A stretch of 64,000 nucleotides of DNA from a virus. Shown here piece by piece: positions 9,846 to 19,740 of this stretch. Where the stretch lies: positions 16,698 through 80,697 of IMG/VR virus record IMGVR_UViG_3300020439_000005; one strand, 5' to 3'. Position numbers and translations under genes: made by a program. The notes under the pieces were generated by a model that worked only from the letters and a program-made list of their open reading frames with translations, ran no database searches and had not been told where the DNA came from. Each line of letters begins with the position of its first letter. Positions within the stretch are counted from its first letter, which is position 1.

Positions 9846-12800
9846 TCAAGCCCCCAACCCCGCCTCTCGGACGAAGACTGCGGTGTATGGGGTCTGTCCG
9901 ACTTCCCCACCTTGTCTCTGATAGTTGAAAGAAATCATACGGCCTACGAAGGTCTTGTTTGTTGCAGTACCCGAGTAGTTCACGGCCTCGTACTCGAACT
10001 CAACCAATGCTCCGCTCTGCAACAACTCCTCCATGAACTCAATGTCTGTGTTCTCAGTCTCCTTTAGGAATATACCCGCCATCTCGAACTCATCAGTTCT
10101 CTGACCCTTGTCTGTGACTTCGGGATATACTGCATCGAGTACAGGAGTCTGAGTGAAGTTTGCTGACCTTCTCCTGTTGAAAGACGAAGGTCTAGTGTTC
10201 AGAGTCAGAGGTACAATAAGCGTCGCAGGTAGAACCTTGACTACAACCTTAACGGTAGGCGACGCAGTTCCGTTAGAATCGGTCACTATCAGAGTGGCTT
10301 GGTACTCTCCGGCTTCTGCATAGGTGTGGTCATTGTATGCAGTTGAACCGCTAACGTCGGAAGACCCGTCACCAAACGAGAATGCGTAGGTACTCAGAGA
10401 TGCTGAGGTATTGATGCTGTAAGATGAGGTACCATCGAATCTGATTGCTTGACCTGCTCTAACCATAGTTGGTATCGCACGTAGTACGGCGACAGGAGCG
10501 GCGTTCGTGATAGTGTATGTGATAGTGGGGTCTGATGCAACAGACTCAACGTCGTTATCATCTTTGACGTAAGCCTTGACGTTCCTAGTCCCCGACGTTG
10601 TACTATACACGTGCGAGATGTCTTGAGTTATCGAATTAGCCGGTGTCTTGACTTCGACCCAACCACTATCTGTACCGTCTCCATACTCGACCTTGATTTC
10701 CTTAATCTTCCTGTCTGCGTCGGTGCTAGAGCCTGTGACTCTGAAGGTCACTACATGCCCTACCTTGGTTGTGAATGATGTATCACTTGAGCCTACGCTT
10801 GTTGCCGTACTAGCGTCGTATGAGTTGCTAACCACGGCTACATCAGCGTCCGGCTTGACGTTGTATTCTATGTCCCATTGTGTTATGGTTGGAATAGCGG
10901 ACCAATCAATCGGATGATGCAGGGTATCAGAGACGGAGGGGATGTAGAAAAGATACCTAATGACGAATCCGTCTGTTATGGCTGTCGTGTCGAGGTCTGT
11001 TAGGTCTAGGGTACCAAACCCACCTGTGAATGTAATAGTCCTCTCCTCGTAGCCCGGAATGACCGTAGAAGCCTCTTGGTCTATGGTGGCTACCGTTGGT
11101 GGTCGTAGTAGTGTGACTCTCAAGTCCATTCCCCTAGATGTATCGACGTTTTCTGCATAGATGTTGAGCGACGTGTACTTCCCGACGTTTGTTGCGGGTT
11201 GTTGTTTGATTGTATCTACGGTGAAAGGTAGCATGTTTGCGGTAGGCAACTGACGGAGAGTCATAGAGTCGATTTGTAAGTCTTGGTTAGACTTCTGCAA
11301 AGTTGGGTTAGTCAATCGAGTTATCTCGCCCTTCGAGTCAAGGTGTTCCGTAGGTGAAGCGGGTACATGTGCAAGAGTTCTTGCCGGATAGTAAAACCAA
11401 TCTCGGTTTCCGTCGCTACCATCATACCCGCCGAGTACGCTCGTCTCTATCGCATCTCGATAGATTGGTTCACTTTCCATGGCTACTAGAACATGGAATG
11501 TGTCTCCATTATTTGATGAAGAAAGCGAAGGGGTGAAGTTTGCATCAATCCATGTGAAGTTTGAAATTATTAACTGATTACTTGTGACTGAGAATGTTCC
11601 TTTTCCAATATACACATTACTTGTCTTGAGGTTCGCTAGTGATGTTGCTACAACAAAATACTGATTGTTTGCCTCGTCCAACCCCGTTATCTTAGTCCAA
11701 TCTGCACTTGCGTCTGTTGATGAATTGAAGTTGATTATTGTTGGACTTGTAGTGTGGGTGTAAGTCATAGGACCTACGTAGTAATTGTAGCGGGCACCCT
11801 CATACGAGCCATGACTTAGTCTATCATCTCGATTGTAGTCTCTTAGCCCTGTGTTCATTACTGCGGGGTCTCCTTCCAACCAAAAGTCCGCCCATTCTTC
11901 AGTACCGGCTGATGGATATGCAATAGGGGTTCTAATTGGGAATGTTGCTATGTCGCACATCTTGATGCTCATAGCCCAAACGGGGATTCGACATGACCTG
12001 TCGGTACCGACTACTTCGCCGTTCCACATGAACGTCATTCCTTTCTCATTGAAGATTGTCCGTAGGGTGTTGGTTCCTTGAGCGAATGAAAAATAGTTGG
12101 AGGTTCCAAATCCACTTCCTAATTTTCCGAATCCTCCTGTGCCGGGTATGTCGAACTTGTCGTTGCCGTCGACGTCGACAAAGCCCGTCCATGTCCCATC
12201 AGTTGTAAGGTGTGGTGCCCCACCCGTCATCCATACTGCGGGTCTGTTGAAGGTCGAGAGTGGAGGGAATGATACTGTGCTTTTGCTGTTGGCTAGTGGG
12301 TTGTAGGCATTAGTAGTAATAACGGTGTTCTGAGCGTTAGGCGTATGATTCCAAAACAACCTACGCATGTTGTGTAAACCGGGTACCTGCCTGTAAGTAC
12401 CCGAAGTAATATCGGTATTGTCTGCGGTTGGTGTTGTACCAAAGAATCCGCCCCTCCTATAACCGAGATTGGTTCCGCTATGTTGGAAGGAACTCATAGC
12501 AAGTGAGAATACTCCGACTTCTCCATCTGTGCCTATTGTGCTAGACCCAAACTTCGAGTCTCCGAAGAACTCAAGGTCATTCGATGTACCACCCAATGAA
12601 GTTCCACTAACTGATAGTGGTGCCCTGTATTGAGTCACACCATCTATGTCTACACCATCCCATATCGGCTCTATTCCCATGCCGTAGTTCTGAGCCGGTG
12701 TGTCTACGACCATAGAGTGTCGACCGAATACAGGATGGGATTCGTTGCCGTCGAACTCGATTAATACCATGCGGTTCGCTTGGCTCGGGAAGTGTGCGGT

Positions 12801-15452
12801 CAATTCCATATCGAGATAGATTGGCGAGCAAGCCATCTCTGAAAGTCCGTACTTAGTAGTGGATTCTCTAGCCGTGACTTGGTTTCCACTTGCGGAGGAA
12901 GTCCACGTTGAGGAATGGTCGGTGCTACGGAGTAGCGTAGGAGACATGGAAAGTCTAGTTCCTAATCGCTCATGTCCGGGCCAAGGTCTGTTCCTTCCAT
13001 AGGTCCATGTTCCACTAACTCCGGTTGGTTTGATGTAGTCCCATGCTCGACGACCTGTGTTGGTGTCGGTGAAAGACCAAAACGGCGTACTAACACCACG
13101 GAATAACCACTTATCATGACCGTACTCACCATTCATTCTAGGGAAGCCACTATCGGCTCTAAGGACTATTTCACCATCTGATGTTGCTATGTATCTATCA
13201 CATAGGTCGTAGCCTAATGGCGGTGGTATTCGTAATGCACCTTCACCTTCTCCGTAGATGTTAGGAGATAAGTAGTTGTTATCTGTGCCATCAATTGATA
13301 CTATCGAGATGCCCCGAAGGACGACTTTACCATCACGATGTTTACCATCAACCGAAGGTAAGGAGCGTTCACCAATCGTAGGTCTACCGGGATAAGTTGC
13401 GTCTGCTGACGAACGAGCCGGTACGTTGCTATCCATCTGAGATACTCCGGCTTGGAAGCCTGTTCCGAGTTGGTCGTGAGATGGGTCGCCCTGTGCGTTG
13501 GCGTCCCTCTTTGATACTGAGAATATGGAGTTGCTTGCGGCGGTGCTACTAGCGTCGGCAGTATGATAGTAGCCCTGTTCAGACCCACCAATCATACCTA
13601 TTCTGAAATAAACTGTTCCACGTGAATAATGATAAAACCCTTCATCACCTGTAAGGCCATTCTCGAATATGCTACCATGACTGAGTGTTAACTTGCATAC
13701 TGTTCTATCAGAGCCACTTTGACCACTATTGCCATAGGCTGTCGTACCTGCACTTGGATTACCTAGTGCGGTGCCCCAAGCCGTAGCGTTTCCTGTGGTA
13801 GTGACTGAATCCGAAGACAATAACCACCATCCATTCCAATTTCTACCTACGACGGATGAGTCCTCTGCTTCTTCATTAGTACCGTCTGTGTTCCCTCTAA
13901 GACCCCATCTGTCCGGCCATAGCCTGTGTACGTTGGATGGGAATGTTGCGTCTTTACCTGTTCCTATAACTCCTGTAATACCTTCAAGATATATCGGCGT
14001 ACCTGCGGGCAGTTCTTGTATCTCGGTGGTAGTCATACAGTCAACGTATATTCGTAGACCACCACTACTATTCTTTTCGATAGCAAGAACGGCTCCCCTG
14101 TGAGGCGGGGGAGCAAGTGCATACTTATGCACACCACCGTTGGTCTGAGAGTCTGTGGTATGCCTATCCGTCATTTGCTCGTTGAGCCAATTGTTGCTCT
14201 GAGCCGAAGGTGCAAGTGGACCCTGTGTGAAGTCAAAGAATGGGAATACTTGAGCGGAACAGTCTTTGGTCTCGTCATAATTGGTTGAGACATAGGTACT
14301 GTCGTCTTCACTACCATATCCTTGTAGTCCATCCCATATTGAGTATAGAGTCGATGTGACCGTACCGCCGATGTGTCTTGTTTGGTCGTAGACGTATGGT
14401 ATGATTACACCGTCGTTAAGGCTGTACGTACCATCTTTCAAAAAGCAAGCAAGAGCCATCTTCATTCTATACTTGGGTCCTTGGACTGCTGTGCTGTCGA
14501 AGGACATGTGGAAGTTGCTCATTGGTAAAGCGTCAACTGTGTTAGCGTGAAGAAGGCCGGTTAGGTGGTCTCCCGATTTACCGAATATCTTGTACTTGAT
14601 AGTAGCCGAGTCTGCACCTTCGGGGTCCGGCTCGTATCTCGTTATTCCATTGGCATAGTAGGCCGATGCGGGATAGCCCTTTGCTATCTTAGTCGTGGCA
14701 CTTGTTATCTCCTTGTGAAATTGATTTACGTCAAGGAGCATAGGATGGAAGACAGTCGCTCTGTAAGGAGAATCGTTAGGTAGTGCGTCATATCCAAAGT
14801 CACTCTCGCTGTTGGTATCGACCATCCATGTTATTCTTGTATCTGCGGTGTGAGTCGGAAGTGCAGTTGACGAAGACGCTTCTCTACCTTGTACGCCGTG
14901 AGGCAACCATGCGGGTTTGTCTGCGTTGGATTCTCCGACGTGTCGATAGTCGTCGATGAACTCGGCGAGTTCCTGTATGGTCATGAAGACAGGGTATGGA
15001 CCGTTATCACGAACTGACTCGGTCACTTCTGTTTGTAAGGGGCTACTTCGCTTCGCAGGTTCGTAGGTGGCAGAATACTCAGAGAATGAATCGGCGGTCT
15101 GTGCCGTTGGAGCGATAAGGAATACCGACGTCTTAGAAGAAGCCGAATGATTCAAAGTGCAAATTGGCTTGAAGCCACCCGACCCCGAGATAGTGATGGT
15201 TCGCTCGGTTCCGGTGGGTGTAGTACCGTCGTCCATTATCGCCTCGACTCTGATACCGGGCGTACGTGCGACGTCGTCCACGCCTCCTAAATCTGCGGCG
15301 GTGTTAGGTCCGAAAGTAGAACGAAATACTTGAGGGTCGACAGTTAGACCACCCTCACCTTTGACGTAAGCGGGCCACATTGGTTGGAGTTCAGCGAGAC
15401 CATTCTTCACACGTGAGAACGGCTTGTCTATGTTCTGTGTACTCCTCGCCAT
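9846..15452 (-). CDS. Large tail protein with tandem PKD/Ig-like domains and a C-terminal distal-tail-like domain
   Basis: EYGDGT...SHVY and FSFGDGS...HTYAEAGEYQATLIVTD are PKD signatures; directly after tape measure. Confidence 0.7.
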   Translation of the reverse strand: MARSTQNIDKPFSRVKNGLAELQPMWPAYVKGEGGLTVDPQVFRSTFGPNTAADLGGVDDVARTPGIRVEAIMDDGTTPTGTERTITISGSGGFKPICTLNHSASSKTSVFLIAPTAQTADSFSEYSATYEPAKRSSPLQTEVTESVRDNGPYPVFMTIQELAEFIDDYRHVGESNADKPAWLPHGVQGREASSSTALPTHTADTRITWMVDTNSESDFGYDALPNDSPYRATVFHPMLLDVNQFHKEITSATTKIAKGYPASAYYANGITRYEPDPEGADSATIKYKIFGKSGDHLTGLLHANTVDALPMSNFHMSFDSTAVQGPKYRMKMALACFLKDGTYSLNDGVIIPYVYDQTRHIGGTVTSTLYSIWDGLQGYGSEDDSTYVSTNYDETKDCSAQVFPFFDFTQGPLAPSAQSNNWLNEQMTDRHTTDSQTNGGVHKYALAPPPHRGAVLAIEKNSSGGLRIYVDCMTTTEIQELPAGTPIYLEGITGVIGTGKDATFPSNVHRLWPDRWGLRGNTDGTNEEAEDSSVVGRNWNGWWLLSSDSVTTTGNATAWGTALGNPSAGTTAYGNSGQSGSDRTVCKLTLSHGSIFENGLTGDEGFYHYSRGTVYFRIGMIGGSEQGYYHTADASSTAASNSIFSVSKRDANAQGDPSHDQLGTGFQAGVSQMDSNVPARSSADATYPGRPTIGERSLPSVDGKHRDGKVVLRGISIVSIDGTDNNYLSPNIYGEGEGALRIPPPLGYDLCDRYIATSDGEIVLRADSGFPRMNGEYGHDKWLFRGVSTPFWSFTDTNTGRRAWDYIKPTGVSGTWTYGRNRPWPGHERLGTRLSMSPTLLRSTDHSSTWTSSASGNQVTARESTTKYGLSEMACSPIYLDMELTAHFPSQANRMVLIEFDGNESHPVFGRHSMVVDTPAQNYGMGIEPIWDGVDIDGVTQYRAPLSVSGTSLGGTSNDLEFFGDSKFGSSTIGTDGEVGVFSLAMSSFQHSGTNLGYRRGGFFGTTPTADNTDITSGTYRQVPGLHNMRRLFWNHTPNAQNTVITTNAYNPLANSKSTVSFPPLSTFNRPAVWMTGGAPHLTTDGTWTGFVDVDGNDKFDIPGTGGFGKLGSGFGTSNYFSFAQGTNTLRTIFNEKGMTFMWNGEVVGTDRSCRIPVWAMSIKMCDIATFPIRTPIAYPSAGTEEWADFWLEGDPAVMNTGLRDYNRDDRLSHGSYEGARYNYYVGPMTYTHTTSPTIINFNSSTDASADWTKITGLDEANNQYFVVATSLANLKTSNVYIGKGTFSVTSNQLIISNFTWIDANFTPSLSSSNNGDTFHVLVAMESEPIYRDAIETSVLGGYDGSDGNRDWFYYPARTLAHVPASPTEHLDSKGEITRLTNPTLQKSNQDLQIDSMTLRQLPTANMLPFTVDTIKQQPATNVGKYTSLNIYAENVDTSRGMDLRVTLLRPPTVATIDQEASTVIPGYEERTITFTGGFGTLDLTDLDTTAITDGFVIRYLFYIPSVSDTLHHPIDWSAIPTITQWDIEYNVKPDADVAVVSNSYDASTATSVGSSDTSFTTKVGHVVTFRVTGSSTDADRKIKEIKVEYGDGTDSGWVEVKTPANSITQDISHVYSTTSGTRNVKAYVKDDNDVESVASDPTITYTITNAAPVAVLRAIPTMVRAGQAIRFDGTSSYSINTSASLSTYAFSFGDGSSDVSGSTAYNDHTYAEAGEYQATLIVTDSNGTASPTVKVVVKVLPATLIVPLTLNTRPSSFNRRRSANFTQTPVLDAVYPEVTDKGQRTDEFEMAGIFLKETENTDIEFMEELLQSGALVEFEYEAVNYSGTATNKTFVGRMISFNYQRQGGEVGQTPYTAVFVREAGLGA

Positions 15453-18049
15453 TATATCGTCCCCGATGCTCCACTTCTAACCGACCTTGAGATTATCCTT
15501 GGTAATTCTCTCTCCATCATTCTCTTGATTGAGGCTGAATCTTGATTATCTCCTGTTATATTGATGTCTCCTAAGTTGACGTTAATTACGGTGTCTGAAC
15601 TCTTAGCCCTATTATCCGGTTGATTGATTGTTATTCCTTCTCCTATTCTATTGAGTACAGTTGAAGTCAAAGGTATGACTGCCTCTGCCCCTGCCTCACC
15701 AACCAAAGAAAAGGTTGGAGACGTCACCACACCACCCTTAGCCAATTTTGTTATTGGTCCACCTTCTATGCCTGTGATTCTTCCGAACTCATCTCTCGGT
15801 GCGTCACGCATTCTCCTTGCTCTTTCGTTTGCTAGTTTTATCTGTTGACTGCTACGTGGGTCCTTCAGTTTGTCTCTAAAGCCTCGTAGTTGTTTGATGA
15901 TTGGAAGATTCCTTAGTGCGTCCTTTACTCGGTCGGCGGTTCGTATTATGCCCTTCAATGCGTCATCGAATAACTTAGTTGCCTTTTGTACTATCTTTAG
16001 TTCGCCAACCATCCTTCTCAAACCGGGGAATCTTGTGAATGCCTTGCTTATACCTTTACCTAATCCAACGACTATCTTCGTTAGACCCTTTGCGATACCT
16101 GCGAAGTCGGCTACGGTATGGAAAAGGTTGCTGAGTTTTTCGTTTGTGCCTTCAAAGTAAACACCTAGCACACGGAATATGTACCCTACACCGGAGAATA
16201 CAACCATGGCTTCCAATACTAGATTTATGAACGTCGAGAAGATGTTTACTAGACTGCCAAAACTACCATCGAAGTCTGCAATTGCTTGAGCGAACTCAAT
16301 GAATAAACCGAACAGTCTAACAAACGGAGTCACTAATGCAACCATTACTTTTCCTACTTTAGCAAGTGCAGGGAGTATGTTTGCTATCGCCGTAAGGACT
16401 TCAATGAATAGAGGTATGGTAGTCACTAGAGTGTCTATGGCTTGTGGTAGGTTTTCTTTCAGAGTCTTAGCCAACTGAATTACTTGCGGAGTCAACTGTT
16501 CGACTAAGCCGCCGGGTTCGTTGAGAGTTTTACCAAAGTCGCTTATGACTCCGTTAGTTTTCTCTCCTTGATACTCCATATCGAATAAGGCTCGGACGAA
16601 GTGAACCCCTAGTGCTAGGGACGCTTCTTCGACCTGTGATTTGAAAACACGCATGGCCTCGAAGGACGATTTTTGCAGAGTCTCAGCGAATCGTATAGTT
16701 CGGCCCTCGGCTTGGAAATTAGCGGCGGCTAATTTATCGAAAGCGTCCACTTGCGACATTAGGCTAAGGACAGCCGTACCACCACGCACACCGAATATCT
16801 CCAACGCTTGTGCCGCCGTGATATTCGCATCTCGCATCTGATGAAGTAAGTCCGTAAGTGAAGTGAGACCGGTCGTTTGCATCTCTACTGTTTTCAATAA
16901 TTCATCTCCCGATGATTTCAGTTCTGATTGTCTAGCCTCTGCTCTTTTCATGGCAGTTGTTGTCTCCATCAATTCGATATTACGCTTCTGCGTAGTTATG
17001 TTGAGGTTCTCATTCGCAAGTTCTAGTCTTCGTATTTGGTCTAACTCCGATTCATTCAACTCTCTATTTTGTTGAGCGGCTCGGAACCTAATCTCAGAGA
17101 TTGCTAGGCTGTTTTTCCTTTCTTGTATGGCGAGGTCGTTGAGTTCACTCTGTAAGCCTTTGACTTCCATGCTAAGGCGTTCCGTAATACGAGTAGTAAT
17201 TGCCATCTGATTCATTGTTGCTTTCAATGCTTGATTCGCAGACATACCTGCGTCTGAAAGTACGAAAACGTCGAGATTTAGGTCATTGATTACTTTCCTT
17301 GCATCGAATGTCGGCTTCAACAACTTGTTGATAGCCATACGCAGACCTGTACCTGCTACGGTACCCCTTAGACCCGCATTACCTAATGCACCAATCGCCG
17401 CCGCCGTCTCCTCAATGCCAACACCTGCGGCGGCGGCAACCGGAGCAACGAACTTCATGGCTTCTCCAAGTGTGACGATGTCGACGTTAGCACTCGTAAA
17501 CGTCTGAACGAGAACGTCAGTCGCCTTGTCTAAGTCTCCTATCTCCATACGGAATGCCTTAACTGACGCTACACCAATTGTAGTAGCAGTTTGAATATCG
17601 ACACCACCTGCGATAGCGAACTTAACCAACTTGTCGATTACTTCGTCATCAACCATCTCATTGAAGGACACACCTGCGATAGCCAATACTTCGGCGGCTT
17701 GAGCGGCTTGAGTCGCAGTAAATCTTGTGTTGGCTCCAATGTCCCTAATGGTCTTCTCAAGAACCATAGCCTCACCTGCGGTAGTATTCATAACCGCTTG
17801 AGTACGCACTAGCGTATCGTTAAACTCAATGAATAGTTCAGAAGATTGTTTGAGGAACCCTGCGGTTAAACCTGCTCCTACTGCTGAAGCACCAAGGGTT
17901 ATCGCTCGGAAGTTTGCGTTCATGGCTGTACCGAACCGAGATACCTTCCCACCGGCCATCAAAAGCGACCGACCAACGTCGGACATTCCCTTCTTGAATC
18001 CCCGTGTATCGGCTGTGACTCGGGTCATTATTTCCGTAGTCTCAGCCAT
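15452..18049 (-). CDS. Tail tape measure protein (TP901 family)
   Basis: TRFTATQAAQA, LGEAMKFVAPVA, LGNAGLRGTVAGTGLR, C-terminal LAKGGVV...GEAGAEAVIPL. Confidence 0.95.
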   Translation of the reverse strand: MAETTEIMTRVTADTRGFKKGMSDVGRSLLMAGGKVSRFGTAMNANFRAITLGASAVGAGLTAGFLKQSSELFIEFNDTLVRTQAVMNTTAGEAMVLEKTIRDIGANTRFTATQAAQAAEVLAIAGVSFNEMVDDEVIDKLVKFAIAGGVDIQTATTIGVASVKAFRMEIGDLDKATDVLVQTFTSANVDIVTLGEAMKFVAPVAAAAGVGIEETAAAIGALGNAGLRGTVAGTGLRMAINKLLKPTFDARKVINDLNLDVFVLSDAGMSANQALKATMNQMAITTRITERLSMEVKGLQSELNDLAIQERKNSLAISEIRFRAAQQNRELNESELDQIRRLELANENLNITTQKRNIELMETTTAMKRAEARQSELKSSGDELLKTVEMQTTGLTSLTDLLHQMRDANITAAQALEIFGVRGGTAVLSLMSQVDAFDKLAAANFQAEGRTIRFAETLQKSSFEAMRVFKSQVEEASLALGVHFVRALFDMEYQGEKTNGVISDFGKTLNEPGGLVEQLTPQVIQLAKTLKENLPQAIDTLVTTIPLFIEVLTAIANILPALAKVGKVMVALVTPFVRLFGLFIEFAQAIADFDGSFGSLVNIFSTFINLVLEAMVVFSGVGYIFRVLGVYFEGTNEKLSNLFHTVADFAGIAKGLTKIVVGLGKGISKAFTRFPGLRRMVGELKIVQKATKLFDDALKGIIRTADRVKDALRNLPIIKQLRGFRDKLKDPRSSQQIKLANERARRMRDAPRDEFGRITGIEGGPITKLAKGGVVTSPTFSLVGEAGAEAVIPLTSTVLNRIGEGITINQPDNRAKSSDTVINVNLGDINITGDNQDSASIKRMMERELPRIISRSVRSGASGTI

Positions 18050-18050
18050 T

Positions 18051-18260
18051 TTATCTCCTCACCATTTGGTTCGCTCTCGCTTTCTGCTCCGCTCGCCTAT
18101 GTTGCTCTGCTTCCCTACGGTTTTTCACGGAGAAGGCTGTTGCGAGGAAATGAGCCTCTCTAGGGTCTAATTCTAACCATTGAGGGAGGCCCATGCCAAG
18201 ATAGGCGAGCAACTCGAATAAGAACTGACCTTCGTCCGAGGAGGCGTACTCGGACATCAC
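18051..18260 (-). CDS. Tail assembly chaperone, frameshift extension (T-like)
   Basis: Lies in the -1 frame after CCCTTTA, between tail tube and tape measure genes. Confidence 0.8.
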   Translation of the reverse strand: MMSEYASSDEGQFLFELLAYLGMGLPQWLELDPREAHFLATAFSVKNRREAEQHRRAEQKARANQMVRR

Positions 18261-18574
18261 TCTAAAGGGGTGTTAACTGCATCCATTATCGCTGATGTTA
18301 ACTCGGCTATCAAAGAGAGAGGTAGTTGTTGGAACTTGCCCCATGTGAGCGTTCCGTCGCATTTCTGCATCATCTCGAAGACCATGAGCATACCTAGTTT
18401 CTCAGCCTTGTCTTCTTCGCTTAGTCCCGTTAGTTCGGGGTTCGATTTGAGACCGTTGTACTCTCTCATTGAAAGAGGTAAAACTTGAATCTCATCGACA
18501 CCCATTTTCAAGGGTTTTACATCTACTGTTATGGGTTCTGAAGCCCGTTCTATTGCTGTATCAAGCCAACTCAT
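18257..18574 (-). CDS. Tail assembly chaperone (G-like)
   Basis: Position between tail tube and tape measure; ends ...ACC CCT TTA GAG TGA. Confidence 0.8.
   Translation of the reverse strand: MSWLDTAIERASEPITVDVKPLKMGVDEIQVLPLSMREYNGLKSNPELTGLSEEDKAEKLGMLMVFEMMQKCDGTLTWGKFQQLPLSLIAELTSAIMDAVNTPLE
18263..18269 (-). other. -1 programmed ribosomal frameshift site C CCU UUA
   Basis: X XXY YYZ heptamer in the correct frame, one sense codon before the stop; the -1 frame continues into 18051..18260. Confidence 0.8.
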
Positions 18575-18586
18575 TTTTTATCACCA

Positions 18587-19024
18587 TCAGGAGTCAGTAG
18601 CGGTGTAGGTCCATGTTAACGCTTCAAAAGATGCGTTTATCATTAACGGTCCCTCTCCTCCCGCTTCTAGTCCTTCGATTGCTAAATCGGTAAAGACGCA
18701 ATTACTCAATTTGAAAACTTTGGTACCTGTCGTGGTACCTACTGCCTGTGTTCCGGCGGCGGCGAATCGAATCTCAAACTCCTCATCGTTAGTGAACATG
18801 TCGTGAAGTTCCGAGGATTTGATACCCCATGAAGCGGTAAGAGAACCCGATGCGGATTTTAGTCCACGGGTGTTAGCAGTTGCATAGGACGAGCCTAGTT
18901 CGACGTATTTTCCGGTAGCGGCGGCAAGGGTAAAATCACCTTGCACATAGCCTACTAAGGCACTTGTTGAAGTACCGCTAGTGCGGATAGAACCCGTGAC
19001 TCCTGTAAACTCATGTAAAGCCAT
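18587..19024 (-). CDS. Major tail tube protein
   Basis: 145 aa, beta-rich (SGSLTASW ... INASFEAL); position before chaperones and tape measure. Confidence 0.75.
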   Translation of the reverse strand: MALHEFTGVTGSIRTSGTSTSALVGYVQGDFTLAAATGKYVELGSSYATANTRGLKSASGSLTASWGIKSSELHDMFTNDEEFEIRFAAAGTQAVGTTTGTKVFKLSNCVFTDLAIEGLEAGGEGPLMINASFEALTWTYTATDS

Positions 19025-19064
19025 TAAGCAAAACGGAGTCAGAGGAGGGTATTAACTGACTCGG

Positions 19065-19409
19065 TTAGGCTTCAACCACTTCTGCGTCCTGTTCGGGCAT
19101 AGCGGTTGCGTCTAAGGCCAACCGTACGGCCCTTTCGAGGCAGTCAGAGCAGTTGTCTCTGTCGGTCACGTATGACCAAAGGGAAGTGGATTCTTCGGTG
19201 TTAGGGGTACCCCACCAATGGTCTCTACCGATGCAGGTTAAGGCTCCCTTGAATGAGTTGTTTTGGTCCACGATTTGCTCACCGCATAGGGTCAAGCGAT
19301 AGCCGTAGGAGTCAGTACCCCTTCGGACGATATGCGTCTTGCGAGACGTCATGTCGTAGTCGGAACAATAGTGGGTCGTGTGCTGTTGTACATATTCAAT
19401 GTCTTCCAT
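19065..19409 (-). CDS. Hypothetical Cys/His-containing protein
   Basis: ORF with CACAAAAC-class promoter 22 nt upstream. Confidence 0.65.
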   Translation of the reverse strand: MEDIEYVQQHTTHYCSDYDMTSRKTHIVRRGTDSYGYRLTLCGEQIVDQNNSFKGALTCIGRDHWWGTPNTEESTSLWSYVTDRDNCSDCLERAVRLALDATAMPEQDAEVVEA

Positions 19410-19455
19410 GTTTAAGCGGAAGGGGTTGGCCTATATAATATGTTCGTTTTGTGAA

Positions 19456-19740
19456 TTAGTAGTATCTTCTATTATCCCAACGCCGAGATACTTGATTAGA
19501 CAACACCTTGCGTGGTTTTATCTTACCATCGAACGGGTCGATACAGTACCAACCCGGTTCCCTGTCCTCATCCCTTTCTTTGATGCACAGGTCGCACATG
19601 TGCTTGGAGTATTTGTTGTGCTTGTCTGCTTCCGGTACTAACTTTCTAAGCCTCTCAATCGTCTCGTCTCGGGAGTCACCAAACTTCAATTGAATGTCGC
19701 AGGTTCGCCCGTGAACTTTGCATCTATGTTTGCACTTCAC
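19456..19740 (-). CDS. Small Zn-binding protein
   Basis: CxHxC, HxCxxC motifs; coupled to the glycosyltransferase stop. Confidence 0.55.
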   Translation of the reverse strand: MKCKHRCKVHGRTCDIQLKFGDSRDETIERLRKLVPEADKHNKYSKHMCDLCIKERDEDREPGWYCIDPFDGKIKPRKVLSNQVSRRWDNRRYY

